In this document: piece by piece, positions 63,078 to 64,000 of the stretch
How the letters are laid out: the number at the start of each line of letters is the position of its first letter
Numbering within the stretch: the first letter of the stretch is position 1
Program-made: the position numbers and the translations under genes
The notes under the pieces: model-generated
The model's input: the letters and a program-made list of their open reading frames with translations, nothing else
What the model was told of the DNA's origin: nothing
Databases searched by the model: none
Origin: Anthoceros angustus
Taxonomy: Eukaryota; Plantae; Anthocerotophyta
Reading direction: 5' to 3'
Length of the DNA: 64,000 nt
Assembly: GCA_010909165.1 (NCBI GenBank)
Contig: VJWM01000219.1
Coordinates: forward strand, 1 to 64,000

Positions 63078-64000
63078 ATGGGTGGTGTCAAAAAGCGCGC
63101 TAAGCAGGAAGGCAAGAAGGGGAGTGTGAATGAGCTTAAACAGGCTGGAGATGTGTTGGTTGGTCCCGCACGTATCTCCTGGAAGCCCGAGGTGATCCTG
63201 CTATCCGCGTTCCTCCTCCTCCTCTACGGTCTCCTCCTGGTGTTCATCGAGCTAGATAGCGAGTTGAAGAGACTGATATGGATCAGCCTGGGAATAAGCG
63301 TCGCAGCCTTTGCTCTGACTGTGCTCTTGATTCCTGTGTGTGCGCCATACGTGCTGAGGAAAGATATTTCCGGGTTTGACATCAACAAGAGGGGCTCAGC
63401 AGGGGGCAATGTGAAGATCCCGGAATCCATGGGTGCAGTGTCGGGCATTACGTTCTGCGTAGCTCTTTTCCTGTTTCTGTATTTCTACTTCCCACCGGAC
63501 TCGGAATGGCTGGTGGAGTACCTTGCTGCAATGGGGTCTATAATCTTCATGCTGCTGCTAGGGTTTGTGGACGACGTGGTGGACTTGCCGTGGCGTGTGA
63601 AGTTGTTGCTGCCATCTGCTGCGGCGCTGCCTCTCTTGATGGCTTATTCCGGGCACACCAGCATTTTGATCCCGAAACCGTTACGAGGCCTTGTAGGCCA
63701 TGAGCTGTTGGACCTGGGATGGATATACAAGCTTTACATGGGCTTGCTCACGGTGTTCTGCAGCAATTCCATCAACATTCACGCGGGAGTGAACGGGCTG
63801 GAGGTAGGCCAGACAGTGGCGATTGCAATGGCCATCCTGGTGCACAACATCTTGCAAGTGCAGGGTGTTGTAGGCTCCAGCGTGGAACCATTGTCACGGG
63901 AATTCGCAGAAAAGCAGCAAGCGCATGCGTTTTCCATCTACTTCATGCAGCCCCTGTTGGGATCCTGTCTAGGATTGCTTGCCTTCAACTGGTACCCCTC
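63078..64000 (+). CDS. DPAGT1: UDP-GlcNAc:dolichol-phosphate GlcNAc-1-phosphate transferase (GPT/ALG7/DPAGT1), runs off the window end
   Basis: GFDINKRG..KIPESMG; MLLLGFVDDVVDLPWRVKL; LMAYSGHTSILIPKP; YKLYMGLLTVFCSNSINIHAGVNGLEVGQ; LLAFNWYPS; continuous frame for 307 codons. Confidence 0.96.
   Translation, partial: MGGVKKRAKQEGKKGSVNELKQAGDVLVGPARISWKPEVILLSAFLLLLYGLLLVFIELDSELKRLIWISLGISVAAFALTVLLIPVCAPYVLRKDISGFDINKRGSAGGNVKIPESMGAVSGITFCVALFLFLYFYFPPDSEWLVEYLAAMGSIIFMLLLGFVDDVVDLPWRVKLLLPSAAALPLLMAYSGHTSILIPKPLRGLVGHELLDLGWIYKLYMGLLTVFCSNSINIHAGVNGLEVGQTVAIAMAILVHNILQVQGVVGSSVEPLSREFAEKQQAHAFSIYFMQPLLGSCLGLLAFNWYP

Overview
Gene-dense nuclear DNA from a non-seed land plant with short GT-AG introns. 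A hornwort is the most likely source, inferred from the PLS-class PPR genes with long 'LL-type' L motifs. Host genes, left to right: two small heat-shock proteins, a plastid-type TPR protein, SF3B5, an unidentified Ser/Pro-rich gene, ATG10, a GUP1/HHAT-like MBOAT, CCT6 (TCP-1 zeta), a third sHSP, a DMP/DUF679 protein, a fucosyltransferase-like glycosyltransferase, a GDSL lipase, two head-to-head PLS-E/E+ PPR genes (one with a deletion-riddled tandem copy), and the 5' part of an apparently intronless GPT/DPAGT1. Ty3/gypsy and non-LTR relics, a foldback element and several tandem repeats fill the gaps. The standout is a young 9.5-kb retrotransposon (40166-49687, minus strand) with TGTCGTG...CACGACA ends and a TGGA target-site duplication. 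It encodes gag-protease-[C5 cytosine DNA methyltransferase]-RT-RNaseH-DDE integrase-PHD finger. Instead of two LTRs it has split direct repeats (A1-coding-B1-A2-B2), with a perfect 16-bp palindrome at the B1/A2 junction. That layout is otherwise known from tyrosine-recombinase (PAT/Ngaro/TOC1) elements. All alignments were done by eye. Frameshifts inside repeats may partly be assembly errors.
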